Assembly (NCBI GenBank): GCA_963699755.1
Contig: CAVOVB010000003.1
Coordinates: 640,001 to 704,000, forward strand
Reading direction: 5' to 3'
Source of the DNA: an uncultured delta proteobacterium
GTDB taxonomy: Bacteria > Myxococcota_A > Polyangia > Polyangiales > Houyiibacteriaceae
DNA length: 64,000 nt
Made by a program: the position numbers and the translations under genes. This document shows, one piece after another, positions 52,763 to 62,553 of the stretch. The notes below the pieces were generated by a model. The model was not told the origin of the DNA. It was given only the letters and a program-made list of their open reading frames with translations, and did not search any database. Numbering within the stretch: position 1 is the stretch's first letter; the number at the start of each line of letters is the position of its first letter.

Positions 52763-53986
52763 TCAGCTGGACGCCTTGCCGAGGTCGAACCCGTCGTGAA
52801 GCACGGCGACCGCTCGGTCGGCGTGCTCGGCTTTGATCAGGCATGAGGTCTTGATCTCGCTGGTGCTAATCGCTTCGATGTTGATCCCGTTGTCGGCCAA
52901 GAGCCGAAACATGCGGGCAGCGATGCCGGCGTGGTTGCGCATGCCGACGCCGACGATCGACACCTTGGCCACCGAGTCGTCACGCACGACGCCCTGCGCG
53001 TTGACGCTCGCGACGAGCGTTTTCGCGATGCTCTCGGCGCGGTCCGCATCCTCGCGACTGACGGTGAAGGTCAGGTCCGTATGACCCGCCTTCGAGACGT
53101 TCTGGATGATCATGTCGACCGAGATGTTGGCGTCCGCGAGAGGCTCGAACACGCTCGCCACGACACCGGGGTGATCGGGCAGCGCGCTCACGGTGAGCTT
53201 CACGGTGTTCTTGTCCGCCGCGACTCCGGCGACGACGACTTTTTCGAGCAGGTGTTCTTCGTCGGTCACGATCGTTCCCTCCTCTTTCGAGAAACTCGAG
53301 CGCACGTGCAGCGTCATTCGGTGCTTCATCGCAAGCTCCACCGAACGGATCTGGAGGACCTTGGCCCCTTGTGAGGAGAGCTCGAGCATCTCCTCGTAGC
53401 TGATGCTTTTGATCTTCCGCGCGTTCGGGCAGACGCCTGGGTCTGTCGTGTACACGCCGTCGACATCGGTACAGATTTCACAGACGTCGGCGTGGACTGC
53501 CGCCGCGATCGCAACGGCCGAAGTGTCCGAGCCACCGCGCCCGAGCGTGGTGATGTTGCCGTACGCGTCGGTGCCCTGAAAGCCAGCGACGACCAGGACG
53601 TTGCCCGTTTCGAGCGAGGAGCGAAGCCCTGTCCCATCGATCGAGCGGATGCGCGCCTTGCGATGCACGTTGTCGGTCAAGATACGCGCCTGATGTCCGA
53701 GCAAGGAACGCGCCGGCACGCCGAGCTCGTTGAGCTGGATGGCCAGTAAGGCAGCGCTCACCTGCTCGCCGCTCGACACGAGCACATCCATCTCGCGCTC
53801 CGCCGGCCCGTCGGAAAGCTCCCAGCCCATGCTCAAGAGCCGATCGGTCTCGCCGGCCATCGCGCTCACCACGACGATGATCTGATGACCCTCGCGGTAG
53901 GTCGCTGCGACGCGGTCCGCGACCCTGCGGATCCGTTCGAGCGATCCGACGCTCGTGCCACCATATTTCTGTACGACCAGGCTCAT
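52763..53986 (-). CDS. lysC: Aspartate kinase
   Basis: VQKYGGTSV, VVSAM, TLGRGGSD, DVDGVYT.DP, two ACT domains. Confidence 0.96.
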   Translation of the reverse strand: MSLVVQKYGGTSVGSLERIRRVADRVAATYREGHQIIVVVSAMAGETDRLLSMGWELSDGPAEREMDVLVSSGEQVSAALLAIQLNELGVPARSLLGHQARILTDNVHRKARIRSIDGTGLRSSLETGNVLVVAGFQGTDAYGNITTLGRGGSDTSAVAIAAAVHADVCEICTDVDGVYTTDPGVCPNARKIKSISYEEMLELSSQGAKVLQIRSVELAMKHRMTLHVRSSFSKEEGTIVTDEEHLLEKVVVAGVAADKNTVKLTVSALPDHPGVVASVFEPLADANISVDMIIQNVSKAGHTDLTFTVSREDADRAESIAKTLVASVNAQGVVRDDSVAKVSIVGVGMRNHAGIAARMFRLLADNGINIEAISTSEIKTSCLIKAEHADRAVAVLHDGFDLGKASS

Positions 53987-54065
53987 TGGGCGCCGAAGAA
54001 TAGCCGCGAGCTGCAGGCGGGCAACCGGCAGGGCGAGGTCTTGGGTTCCATGCTATTCCAATGCA

Positions 54066-54791
54066 ATGCGAAGAGCTGTGTGGGTCGCTTGGCTGGGGAT
54101 GGCCGCCTCTGCTCAGGCCTTTGGGACGGCGCTCGCGGCCCCGCCGGAGGCCGCGCCAAGGGAGCACGAGCGGCTCCGCATGGTGAGCAAGCAAATCGAG
54201 GCGCGCGGGGTCCGAGACGCTCGGGTGCTCGACGCCATGCGCGAGGTGCCCCGGCATCGCTTCGTGCCGCAGTCTCAGCTTGCCTATGCCTACGACGACC
54301 GGCCGCTCCCGATCGGCGAGGGTCAAACGATCAGCCAACCCTACATCGTGGCGCTCATGAGCGAGCTTGCCGAGGTCAAGCCGGGCGACAAGGTGCTCGA
54401 AGTCGGGACCGGCTCCGGATACCAGGCTGCCGTTCTCGCGCATATGGGCGCGAAGCTGTTTTCAATTGAAATCATCGAGCCGCTGGCGAAGCGAGCCGAG
54501 GCCACGCTCCGCAAGCTCGGCTATGATAAGAACGTCGCGGTCCGTCACGGCGACGGCTATGCAGGCTGGCCGGAACAGGCGCCCTTCGATGCGATCCTCG
54601 TGACCGCCGCCCCTCCAACGATTCCAGAGCCGTTGAAGCAACAGCTGAAGGTCGGAGGACGCCTCATCATCCCCGTGGGCAGGCACTATCAGAGCCTCTT
54701 GAAGGTGACCCGGACCAAGGCTGGGTTCCGAAAGGAGAGCGTGATTCCAGTGAGGTTCGTGCCGATGACCGGGGACGCCCAGGGACGGTAG
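54066..54791 (+). CDS. pcm: Protein-L-isoaspartate O-methyltransferase with signal-peptide-like N-terminus
   Basis: VPRHRF, GQTISQP, LEVGTGSGYQ, GDG..G, APFD, FVPM. Confidence 0.95.
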   Translation: MRRAVWVAWLGMAASAQAFGTALAAPPEAAPREHERLRMVSKQIEARGVRDARVLDAMREVPRHRFVPQSQLAYAYDDRPLPIGEGQTISQPYIVALMSELAEVKPGDKVLEVGTGSGYQAAVLAHMGAKLFSIEIIEPLAKRAEATLRKLGYDKNVAVRHGDGYAGWPEQAPFDAILVTAAPPTIPEPLKQQLKVGGRLIIPVGRHYQSLLKVTRTKAGFRKESVIPVRFVPMTGDAQGR

Positions 54792-54838
54792 CGAGTGCCA
54801 ATGCCAGCGCCAGTGCCGGCGTCAGCGACCCCGTCACC

Positions 54839-54854
54839 TGTGAGCCCCCTCACA
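54839..54854. promoter_or_regulatory. CRP-type box TGTGA-N6-TCACA
   Basis: TGTGAGCCCCCTCACA, intergenic, about 80 nt before ATG 54936. Confidence 0.6.
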
Positions 54855-54935
54855 AACTCCCCAGCTCCCTGAAAAAACGTCGATCCGACTCACGAACACC
54901 TGTGTTACCGTCAACGCCCCCCCAGAGGAGCCCCG

Positions 54936-56621
54936 ATGCTGACATGCACCCGTACGCGCTGGCTCGTTAGCTGGCTGATTGGCGCGCTTGCCTTTGCAGG
55001 CTGCGCTGCCGAGACGACCACCGACGCGAGCGGCGTCCGAATCGAGCTCGAGCTGGCGGACGGAAGCCAGATCGACGAAGTGAGCTATTCGATCACCGGC
55101 AACCAGATGCCGGAGATGTCAGGCACCATCCACACGGGCAGTCCGGGTTCCACGGCGTCGTTCGAGCTCTACGGCATCCCCGCGGGCACCGGCTACAAGA
55201 TTGACATGGCTGCAAGCGATGGCGACCTCACCTGCTCTGGCAGCGCTACCTTCAACGTCTTCGTCCGCCAGGTGACCGGCGTCGCGGTGATGCTCAGCTG
55301 CAAGGCTCCGCTCGAGCTCGGCGGCGTGCGCGTCAACGGCAAGATCAACTACTGCGCGGACATTCGCTGGGCCGTCGCCTCGCCTTTGCAAACCTCGATC
55401 GGCAACCAGATCGATGTCGAGGCCGTCGCGTATGACGCGGAAGGCGACGACATCGAATACCGTTGGACCGCGATCAGCGGCTCGTTTGCCGACGCGACGG
55501 CGCCCATCACGACCTATACCTGTGAGGAGGTTGGCGAGCACACGATCACCATCACGGTCTCCGACGACGACTTCGAGTACTGCGATTGCTTCTGGGATGT
55601 CCCCATCACCTGCGTCGACGGAGAAGGCGGTACAGGCGGCACCGGCGGCATGGCGGGCACCGGTGGCATGGCAGGCAGCGGTGGCACCGGCGGCATGGCG
55701 GGCACCGGTGGCATGGCAGGCAGCGGTGGCAGCGGCGGCATGGGAGGCAGCGGTGGCACCGGCGGCATGGCAGGCAGCGGCGGCACCGGCGGCATGGCGG
55801 GCACTGGCGGCACCGGCGGCATGGCGGGCACCGGTGGCATGGCGGGCACCGGTGGCACGGGTGGCACCGGCGGCACGGGTGGCACCGGCGGCACGGGTGG
55901 CACCGGCGGTGGCGAATGCATTCCGGACGGCGGCGCTCAGTATGCCGGCACTGCGATGAACCGAATCTGCGGAGAGGTCACTTGCGGCGTGATGGAAGTT
56001 TGCGTAAACGAGGTTTGCACTCCGTCCGCGATGGTCTTCGTGAGCAGCAGCTGGTCGACTGCCGACCTCAACGGGCCGCGCGGCGCCGACAGGACCTGCG
56101 CAGACCTCGCCCAAGAGGCGGGTCTCGGAGGCTACTGGATGTCGTGGACCTCCGATTCGTGCACCTCCCCATTCAAGCGCTTCGAGAGGTCGGCGTTGCC
56201 CTATCGCTTGAAAGACGGAGTTCAGATCGCGTCGAGCTGGGAGCGGCTGACCAACCGGCCGCCTGATGAGTTCTACATCGAGAATCCGATCGACATGGAC
56301 GAATACGGCGATTTCCCGGTATCCGTCGACCAAGACACCGGCATCCCGACGGGCGAGCGCTGCGTCGAAACCAATCTCAATGATCCCTTTGGTTGCTTCG
56401 TCTGGACCAACACCCAGGTAGACGGGACGGTTCAGGCGTTCCTGAACAACAACGGCTGCCTCGGACTCACCACCGACGACAGCATCAACTCGTCGTCGGC
56501 CGTCGGACTGCCCACGACTATCGGCCGCGCCTGGACGGATGGGCAAAACCGAACGTGCGGCCAAGACGGCGGCAGGCTTTTCTGCTTCGAGCAATCCGTG
56601 GCCGACCCACCCGTCCCCTAA
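54936..56621 (+). CDS. Surface lipoprotein: Ig/PKD-like domains, Gly-rich linker, C-terminal DUF1554/endostatin-like domain
   Basis: FAGC lipobox; FVSS...G..GAD..C..LA..AGL.G.W..W.S. Confidence 0.78.
   Translation: MLTCTRTRWLVSWLIGALAFAGCAAETTTDASGVRIELELADGSQIDEVSYSITGNQMPEMSGTIHTGSPGSTASFELYGIPAGTGYKIDMAASDGDLTCSGSATFNVFVRQVTGVAVMLSCKAPLELGGVRVNGKINYCADIRWAVASPLQTSIGNQIDVEAVAYDAEGDDIEYRWTAISGSFADATAPITTYTCEEVGEHTITITVSDDDFEYCDCFWDVPITCVDGEGGTGGTGGMAGTGGMAGSGGTGGMAGTGGMAGSGGSGGMGGSGGTGGMAGSGGTGGMAGTGGTGGMAGTGGMAGTGGTGGTGGTGGTGGTGGTGGGECIPDGGAQYAGTAMNRICGEVTCGVMEVCVNEVCTPSAMVFVSSSWSTADLNGPRGADRTCADLAQEAGLGGYWMSWTSDSCTSPFKRFERSALPYRLKDGVQIASSWERLTNRPPDEFYIENPIDMDEYGDFPVSVDQDTGIPTGERCVETNLNDPFGCFVWTNTQVDGTVQAFLNNNGCLGLTTDDSINSSSAVGLPTTIGRAWTDGQNRTCGQDGGRLFCFEQSVADPPVP
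55627..55912 (+). repeat. Coding tandem repeat (GGT/GGMAG units)
   Basis: Repeated ggcaccggcggcatggcg-type units encoding a Gly/Thr/Met/Ala linker. Confidence 0.9.
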
Positions 56622-56741
56622 CAGGGCCTGCCCCGCGCCAACGCGCGACGACGTCTCATTCAACCATCATGCACGCCTATCGGGTTCGCCCGCGCCGCGC
56701 GGAGCCCGCAGCGCGAAGACCTTGCGATGCGAGCAGGTCGC

Positions 56742-57170
56742 TTACTCCGGCTCTTCGGCTTCGCTCGGGGGAGCCTCGTCGGGCTTGTGCTTCTTGGGCG
56801 GGGGTGGCAGGGGCTCACCGTATTCGTCCATCAGCTTCTTCTTGAGCTTGTCGAGGAGCATGCGCTCGATGTAGCTCGGCATCGCAGGGATTTGGACCAC
56901 GGCGCGGATCGGGCCGCCGCCTTCATCCTCGATTCGGACGAGCTCGACGCTGCCCGGGTACATCCGGCCGTCGTCGCGGTAGTCGAAAAGGAAGTAACCG
57001 ACCTCTGGGTCCCGGTCTTTGATTGGATAGCCCTGGTCAACCCGGATCAGACGAATGGCAGCGCCCCAGACCTGCTCGTAGCTATGGCGAAAGTCCTCGG
57101 TCTTCTTCGCCTGGCCAGTGGCCGGCGAGAGGAGCGCGAAGGTCATCAAGGTGGCAGCCCAGAGCCTCAT
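56742..57170 (-). CDS. Exported hypothetical protein
   Basis: Signal peptide (GQA); Pro/acidic tail. Confidence 0.7.
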   Translation of the reverse strand: MRLWAATLMTFALLSPATGQAKKTEDFRHSYEQVWGAAIRLIRVDQGYPIKDRDPEVGYFLFDYRDDGRMYPGSVELVRIEDEGGGPIRAVVQIPAMPSYIERMLLDKLKKKLMDEYGEPLPPPPKKHKPDEAPPSEAEEPE

Positions 57171-57309
57171 CGGGGCCCACGCTACCGAACCCCCCGGCCG
57201 AGTCCAAAAAAGCGCCGACCAACCGGGTCCAGAAACTCAGCCTAGGACCCCGCCACCGACACCCCCGGCGGCCACGGTCCCAGGCTCTCGGTCACTGGCA
57301 CTGCTCCCG

Positions 57310-58677
57310 TCACTGCCCCTGCTTCGCCAGCTCCTCGACCATCGGCATCAGCTTGTCTCGCGTGTTCAGCGACGGGTCTTCGATCACCCGATCGAGCAGC
57401 GTCCGCAGAATCTCTCCGACAATCGGCCCGGCGCCGCCTTCGAGGTGCTCGATCACATCCTTCCCACCGATGACGAGATCTTGCGTCGTCAAAGCGTTGC
57501 CGTCTTCGATCGTCTTGTCGATTCGGGCGCGTAGCTCCTTCAAGGCCGCGAGCTCTTCTTCGACGTTGCGTCCCTTGCCGAGCGCGTCCGCTTCGCCCAA
57601 GCGCAACAAGGGTTGGACGCTCTGCGCGCCTACTCGTTTGATGAACCTGCGCACTGCAGCGTCGGTCCATTCGCTCGTGTAGCAAATCAAGTGATGCCGA
57701 ATGAGGCCCACCACGAGCTCGCGCTCCTGATTCGAGAAGCGGTAGTCGCGTAGCCAGCGCTCGGCCATGTCGGCGCCGACTTTTTCGTGATGGTAGAACG
57801 TCCAGTCGCCGGTCTTGTCGGACCTGGCTCGGGTTCGCGGCTTGGCGACGTCGTGGAGCAGCGCGGCGATTCGTTCGACGGGGTCAGGCGCTGACTCGTC
57901 GAGCACGCGCATCGTGTGGCCCCAGACGTCGTAGGCGTGCCACTGGTTTTGCTCGCAGCCCACCTGCTCGAGGAGCTCGGGATAGGTGACCTCCAAAATG
58001 CCGGTGCGGCGCATCACTTCGAATGCGCGGGACGGGGCGCGCGCCTTCATCGCTTTCAACCACTCTTCGCGGACGCGTTCGGGGCTCACCTTGCGAAAGG
58101 TGTCGAGCGCGCCTCGAAACGCGGCCTCGGTCTTCTCTTCGAGCTCGAAATCCAGCGTCGCGACGAAGCGGGCGCCGCGCAGAATCCTGAGCCCGTCTTC
58201 CTGGAAGCGCTCGCTAGGCTCGCCCACGGCCCGCAGGACCTTGTCCCGCATGTCGGTCAGCCCACCGAAGGGGTCGGCCACATGCCCGTCGACCGGGTCA
58301 TACGCGATCGCGTTCACCGTGAAATCGCGTCGCCCGAGGTCCCGGTCGATGTTCTCGACGAACACGACAGTGTCGGGTCGCCGCCCATCGGAATACAATC
58401 CTTCGCCTCGGAGGGTCGTGACCTCGTAGGCCCCGCCCTTCCAGAGCACGGTCACCGTGCCATGGTCGATCCCGGTCGGGATCACCCTGCGGAAGACCTT
58501 TAGGACCTTTTCCGGCGGGGCGGTCGTCGCCACGTCCCAGTCGTTGACCCGCTGTCCAAGCAGGGTGTCCCGGACGCAGCCCCCGACGACCCACGCCCGC
58601 TCGCCTGCGTTGCGGAGCTCCTTACAAATCTCGAGCACCGGCCTGGCGATCTGCTGCCGGAGAATTCGGTGTGGCAC
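57310..58677 (-). CDS. cca: CCA-adding tRNA nucleotidyltransferase with HD domain
   Basis: VGGCVRD, DWDVAT, EVTTLR, RRDFTVNA, ED.LR, ERV.EE, LLHDVAK. Confidence 0.9.
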   Translation of the reverse strand: MPHRILRQQIARPVLEICKELRNAGERAWVVGGCVRDTLLGQRVNDWDVATTAPPEKVLKVFRRVIPTGIDHGTVTVLWKGGAYEVTTLRGEGLYSDGRRPDTVVFVENIDRDLGRRDFTVNAIAYDPVDGHVADPFGGLTDMRDKVLRAVGEPSERFQEDGLRILRGARFVATLDFELEEKTEAAFRGALDTFRKVSPERVREEWLKAMKARAPSRAFEVMRRTGILEVTYPELLEQVGCEQNQWHAYDVWGHTMRVLDESAPDPVERIAALLHDVAKPRTRARSDKTGDWTFYHHEKVGADMAERWLRDYRFSNQERELVVGLIRHHLICYTSEWTDAAVRRFIKRVGAQSVQPLLRLGEADALGKGRNVEEELAALKELRARIDKTIEDGNALTTQDLVIGGKDVIEHLEGGAGPIVGEILRTLLDRVIEDPSLNTRDKLMPMVEELAKQGQ

Positions 58678-58773
58678 CTAGCATCGATAACCTTAGGTAT
58701 CCATGAACGCAATTGGCCTGGAAGCCTAAGAGGGCTACACTCAAATGTCTGGCCCCTGCCCCCCTCCAATAGA

Positions 58774-61700
58774 ATGACAAGACTCTGGAAGCCCTTGCTT
58801 GGTTTGGTGGTCGTCCTCGCGGCGTTCACCATTTCGTTCGGCTGGCCCATTCAAAACGGCCTGCAGATCGACATCGACACCTCCCCAAGGGCTCAGGCCG
58901 CGCGTCAGAAGACGCCTTGGGATCTGACCAAGCTTCAAGTGATGAATCGTGTGATTCATCAGGTGAACGACGACTACGTCGATCCCAAGCGCATCGACCA
59001 CCGCAAGATGATGCTCGCCGGACTCGACGCCATCCAGAAGGACGTGGCGCCGGTCCTCGTGCACTATCAGGAAGGCGCCAAGACGCTCACGGTCCAGGTC
59101 AATAGCCGGGAGCGCGAGTTCGCCATCGAAGACGTGTCGAGCCCCTGGGAGCTCGCCGGGCGGTTCCGAGAGGTCTTCGCCTTCTTGCAAGACGAGCTCA
59201 AGAACGAAGAGGATATCGAGCTCAGCGACGTCGAGTACAGCGCGGTCAACGGGATGCTCAAGACGCTCGACCCGCACACGGTCCTGCTCCCGCCCGAGCT
59301 CTTCGCCGAGATGCAAACCAGCACCCGAGGCGAGTTCGGCGGACTGGGCATCGTCATCTCCATTCGCGACGGGCATCTCACCGTGATCAAGCCGATGGAG
59401 GGCACGCCCGCGTTCAAGGCAGGACTCCAGCGCGGTGACCGGATAGTCAAAATCTCCGACGAGTCGACGCTCAACATGCCCTTGAACGAAGCGGTCGACC
59501 GTCTCCGCGGCCGGCCCGGGTCCAAGGTCACCATCTTCACTCGTCGCCAGAACAAGGCCGGGGACTGGTCTGCGCCCCGGCGTGTCGAGCTCACCAGGGC
59601 CGTCATCGAAATCGGCTCAGTCGAGCACCGGATGCTGCGCGACAATGTCGGCTACGTCCAAATCAAGAACTTCCAGGGCAACACCGAAGCGCACCTTCGC
59701 AGGGCGCTCGCCGACCTTCACAAGAAGCGAATGGTCGGCCTCGTGCTCGATCTTCGGAACAACCCCGGCGGTCTTCTCGATCAGGCCGTGCAAGTTGCCG
59801 ACACCTTCCTCGACGAAGGTCCGATCGTCACGACTTCCTCTCAGGATCCGCGCGAACGCACCGAAGAGTTCGCCGAAGCAGGTGGCACCGAGCCGCGCTA
59901 CCCGATGGTCGTGCTCATCAACGGTCACAGCGCGTCCGCAAGTGAGATTGTCGCCGGCGCTCTCAAGAACCACGACCGCGCCCTGATCATCGGTGAGCAG
60001 AGCTTTGGCAAGGGCTCGGTGCAGGTGCTTTACCAACTTCAAGACGCGTCGGCGCTGAAGCTCACCGTGGCGCAGTACCTGACGCCCGGGGACGTTTCGA
60101 TCCAGGGCGTGGGCATCGTGCCCGACATCGCGATCAGCCCGATGACCGTCGACCGAGAAAACATGGATCTCAAGGTCGATGAGCTCTTCCGCGAATCGGA
60201 TCTGGAGGCTCACCTCACCCATGCGAGCGCGACCGATTCGCAGCGCCCAGCAGTCACCCTGGGCTACTACCTCAACGCGGATTTGCGCCAACGCTTGGCC
60301 GAGTCTGAGCCTGGTGAAGAGGAGAACGAAGCCCAGGAGGCCTTCCTGATCCGCTTCTCGCGGAACATCGTGCTCAACGCCAAATCCCCCAAGCGTTTGC
60401 AGATGCTTCGAGCCGCCCACCCAATCATCGAGCGGGTGCAGAAGCAGGAAACCGAGAAGGTCGTGCGCGAGCTGAAGAAGCTCGACATCGACTGGAGCGT
60501 GGGCGCGGACGAGGGCCCAAGCCAGGTCAAGGTTACCGCTAGGACCAGCGCTGGCGACAAGCCGGCGACCGCCGGCGACCCCTTGTCGCTCGAGATCGAG
60601 GTGACGAACCAGGGCAAACAACCCCTGTATCAGCTCCGCGCGATGACCAGCAGCGACAACCCGTGGTTCGACCGTCGCGAGCTGGTGTTCGGAAAGCTCG
60701 CTCCGGGCGAAACCCGTTCGTGGACAACGACGCTCGGCGGCTGCTTGACCGAGGACCAGAAGAGGGTCTGTCGCATCCCACGCAGCATGATGGATCGCGC
60801 CGATGCGCTTCTGGTCGAGTTTGAAGAGGCGCACGGGCATGCTCCAAAGCCCGTCGAGGTCCGGACGGTGATTCGCGCCCTCCCGCAACCGCGCTTCGTA
60901 TACGGCTTGCAGTTGGCGGACAACATCCACGGCAACGGCGACGGTCGGGTGCAGCGCGGCGAGGAGGTGACCCTGTACGTCACCGTCAAAAACCGCAGCG
61001 ACGTCGATAGCTTCGAGCTTCAGGCCAATCTCCAAAACAAGAGCGGCTCCGGGGTGCTCCTCCATGACGGTCGCTTCCAACGCAGCTCTTTGCACGCGGG
61101 GGAGGAATGGGTGGTTCCCTTCTCGTTCCAGGTGCTCCCCGACTTTGAGGACCAGAAGGCCACATTGATGTTCGGGGTCTCCGATACCGAGCTCGGGGCC
61201 TCGGTCGGTCAGAAGCTCGAGATTCCAATCTCCCAAGAACCGGGGCCGGTGAAGACCTTGGCAGCGAAGCAGGTGGTGAGCTTGGCGCCTGGGGTCGAGA
61301 TCCGGGAGCGGCCCGACCCCAATGCGCCCGTCATAGCGACCGTGAAAGAGTCCTTCCGCGTGCTGCACACCGCGACGAGCGGCGCGTATGAGCGCGTGAA
61401 CCTCGGTGCTGGTCGGCCGGGATGGGTGGCGGCCGGCGCGACATCGCCGTCGCAGGGCCAGGTGTCGAGAGAGCCGCCTGTCGCATGGGCTACTCCCCAC
61501 TCCTCGCCCGAGATCGAGCTCGAGCCCGTAGAGGGCTATGTCACCCGGGGCGACGTCTTCCGCGTGCAGGGCAAGGTGACCGATTCGCAACGGGTGCGTG
61601 ACCTCTACATTTCGACCAGCCGGCACAAAGTCTTCTACGAATCGAATCAGGGCAGCGCCGACCCGAGGGAGCTCACCTTCGATGCCGAGATTCCCGTTCA

Positions 61701-61857
61701 CCCGGGGATGAACTCGATCATGGTGGTGGCTCGCGAGGACAACAACTCGGTCGCCCGGCACTTTTTCATGGTGCGCCGCGACGCCGAAGATGGCTCGCTG
61801 ATGGAGACGACGAAGTTCGAGGGTGCCCTGCTCGGGAACGGCAACGGCCACCACTGA
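58774..61857 (+). CDS. S41 carboxyl-terminal processing protease with long C-terminal extension (MXAN_5808-like)
   Basis: LDPH, FGGLGI PDZ, DLRNNPGG, SASASE, FGKGSVQ. Confidence 0.9.
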   Translation: MTRLWKPLLGLVVVLAAFTISFGWPIQNGLQIDIDTSPRAQAARQKTPWDLTKLQVMNRVIHQVNDDYVDPKRIDHRKMMLAGLDAIQKDVAPVLVHYQEGAKTLTVQVNSREREFAIEDVSSPWELAGRFREVFAFLQDELKNEEDIELSDVEYSAVNGMLKTLDPHTVLLPPELFAEMQTSTRGEFGGLGIVISIRDGHLTVIKPMEGTPAFKAGLQRGDRIVKISDESTLNMPLNEAVDRLRGRPGSKVTIFTRRQNKAGDWSAPRRVELTRAVIEIGSVEHRMLRDNVGYVQIKNFQGNTEAHLRRALADLHKKRMVGLVLDLRNNPGGLLDQAVQVADTFLDEGPIVTTSSQDPRERTEEFAEAGGTEPRYPMVVLINGHSASASEIVAGALKNHDRALIIGEQSFGKGSVQVLYQLQDASALKLTVAQYLTPGDVSIQGVGIVPDIAISPMTVDRENMDLKVDELFRESDLEAHLTHASATDSQRPAVTLGYYLNADLRQRLAESEPGEEENEAQEAFLIRFSRNIVLNAKSPKRLQMLRAAHPIIERVQKQETEKVVRELKKLDIDWSVGADEGPSQVKVTARTSAGDKPATAGDPLSLEIEVTNQGKQPLYQLRAMTSSDNPWFDRRELVFGKLAPGETRSWTTTLGGCLTEDQKRVCRIPRSMMDRADALLVEFEEAHGHAPKPVEVRTVIRALPQPRFVYGLQLADNIHGNGDGRVQRGEEVTLYVTVKNRSDVDSFELQANLQNKSGSGVLLHDGRFQRSSLHAGEEWVVPFSFQVLPDFEDQKATLMFGVSDTELGASVGQKLEIPISQEPGPVKTLAAKQVVSLAPGVEIRERPDPNAPVIATVKESFRVLHTATSGAYERVNLGAGRPGWVAAGATSPSQGQVSREPPVAWATPHSSPEIELEPVEGYVTRGDVFRVQGKVTDSQRVRDLYISTSRHKVFYESNQGSADPRELTFDAEIPVHPGMNSIMVVAREDNNSVARHFFMVRRDAEDGSLMETTKFEGALLGNGNGHH

Positions 61858-61874
61858 CCCGAAGCCCCAGGCCT

Positions 61875-62462
61875 CTAGGACACGGAGAAGAATCCGGCGA
61901 AACGCTCGACGCCCTCGGGTAAAGCGCCTCCTGCGCGGATGTGCTGCCACAGGAGCGGAGCCAAGGTCTCGACCGCCTCGGGGATCGATACCGCCTTCGA
62001 CGAGCAGTCAAAGCTCAAAACGTTTCGCGGTTCAAGCGCGATTACATTGATCTTGCAATCATTCCAGGTGATGTGGAGAGACTCGGGTTCCAAGCGGGGA
62101 AGGGACTGCAGCAGATGCGCTTCCCCCTCGGCCTCGGTGCCCTCGAGAAGCGCCGACTGTTCGATGCGCCCGTGGCGGCTGATGAGCCCAGCGAGCCGCC
62201 GCCGGGCCCTAGGCTGCTCCTCCACCGCAAGGAGCGCGCCAAGTGCGTGGGTCGGATCGGCGGCGTCCTGCAGGACCGCGCGAACCAGTGCTTGGCGCTG
62301 GGGCGCCGCGAGCTCCGCGTAGGCGAACGCCAGGCCATCGAGCGCGGTCGCGTCGTGCAGGATCTGGTCGAGCAAGCTAGCAAAAGAGCCAAAACGCGCC
62401 CGATCTGTGCTTGCAATGCCTGGGCCCGCAGCTTTCACAGCGCCCCTATACCGCAGAGTCAC
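61875..62462 (-). CDS. Hypothetical protein
   Basis: 195-aa ORF filling the gap, divergent from a sigma factor; start uncertain. Confidence 0.55.
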   Translation of the reverse strand: MTLRYRGAVKAAGPGIASTDRARFGSFASLLDQILHDATALDGLAFAYAELAAPQRQALVRAVLQDAADPTHALGALLAVEEQPRARRRLAGLISRHGRIEQSALLEGTEAEGEAHLLQSLPRLEPESLHITWNDCKINVIALEPRNVLSFDCSSKAVSIPEAVETLAPLLWQHIRAGGALPEGVERFAGFFSVS

Positions 62463-62504
62463 CCGTCAGACCAGCCCCTCTATATGTAGTCAAAGGTATT
62501 CTAC

Positions 62505-62533
62505 TTGACTTCATTAACCCACCCGGGTAAAGG
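62505..62533 (+). promoter_or_regulatory. sigma70-type promoter candidate
   Basis: TTGACT-N17-TAAAGG upstream of the sigma-factor gene. Confidence 0.5.
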
Positions 62534-62553
62534 AACTCTGCTCGGGAGCCGGT

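Noticed and set aside
55627..55912. Repeat tract as a CRISPR array or non-coding repeat
   Set aside because: In-frame Gly-rich coding linker; no unique spacers or cas genes
59617..61950. Long antisense or alternative-frame ORFs (777 aa here; also 55119-56663, 45134-46591, 29276-30580 and the N-terminal part of 23640-25739)
   Set aside because: Shadow ORFs expected from high-GC codon bias, overlapping well-supported genes and lacking motifs
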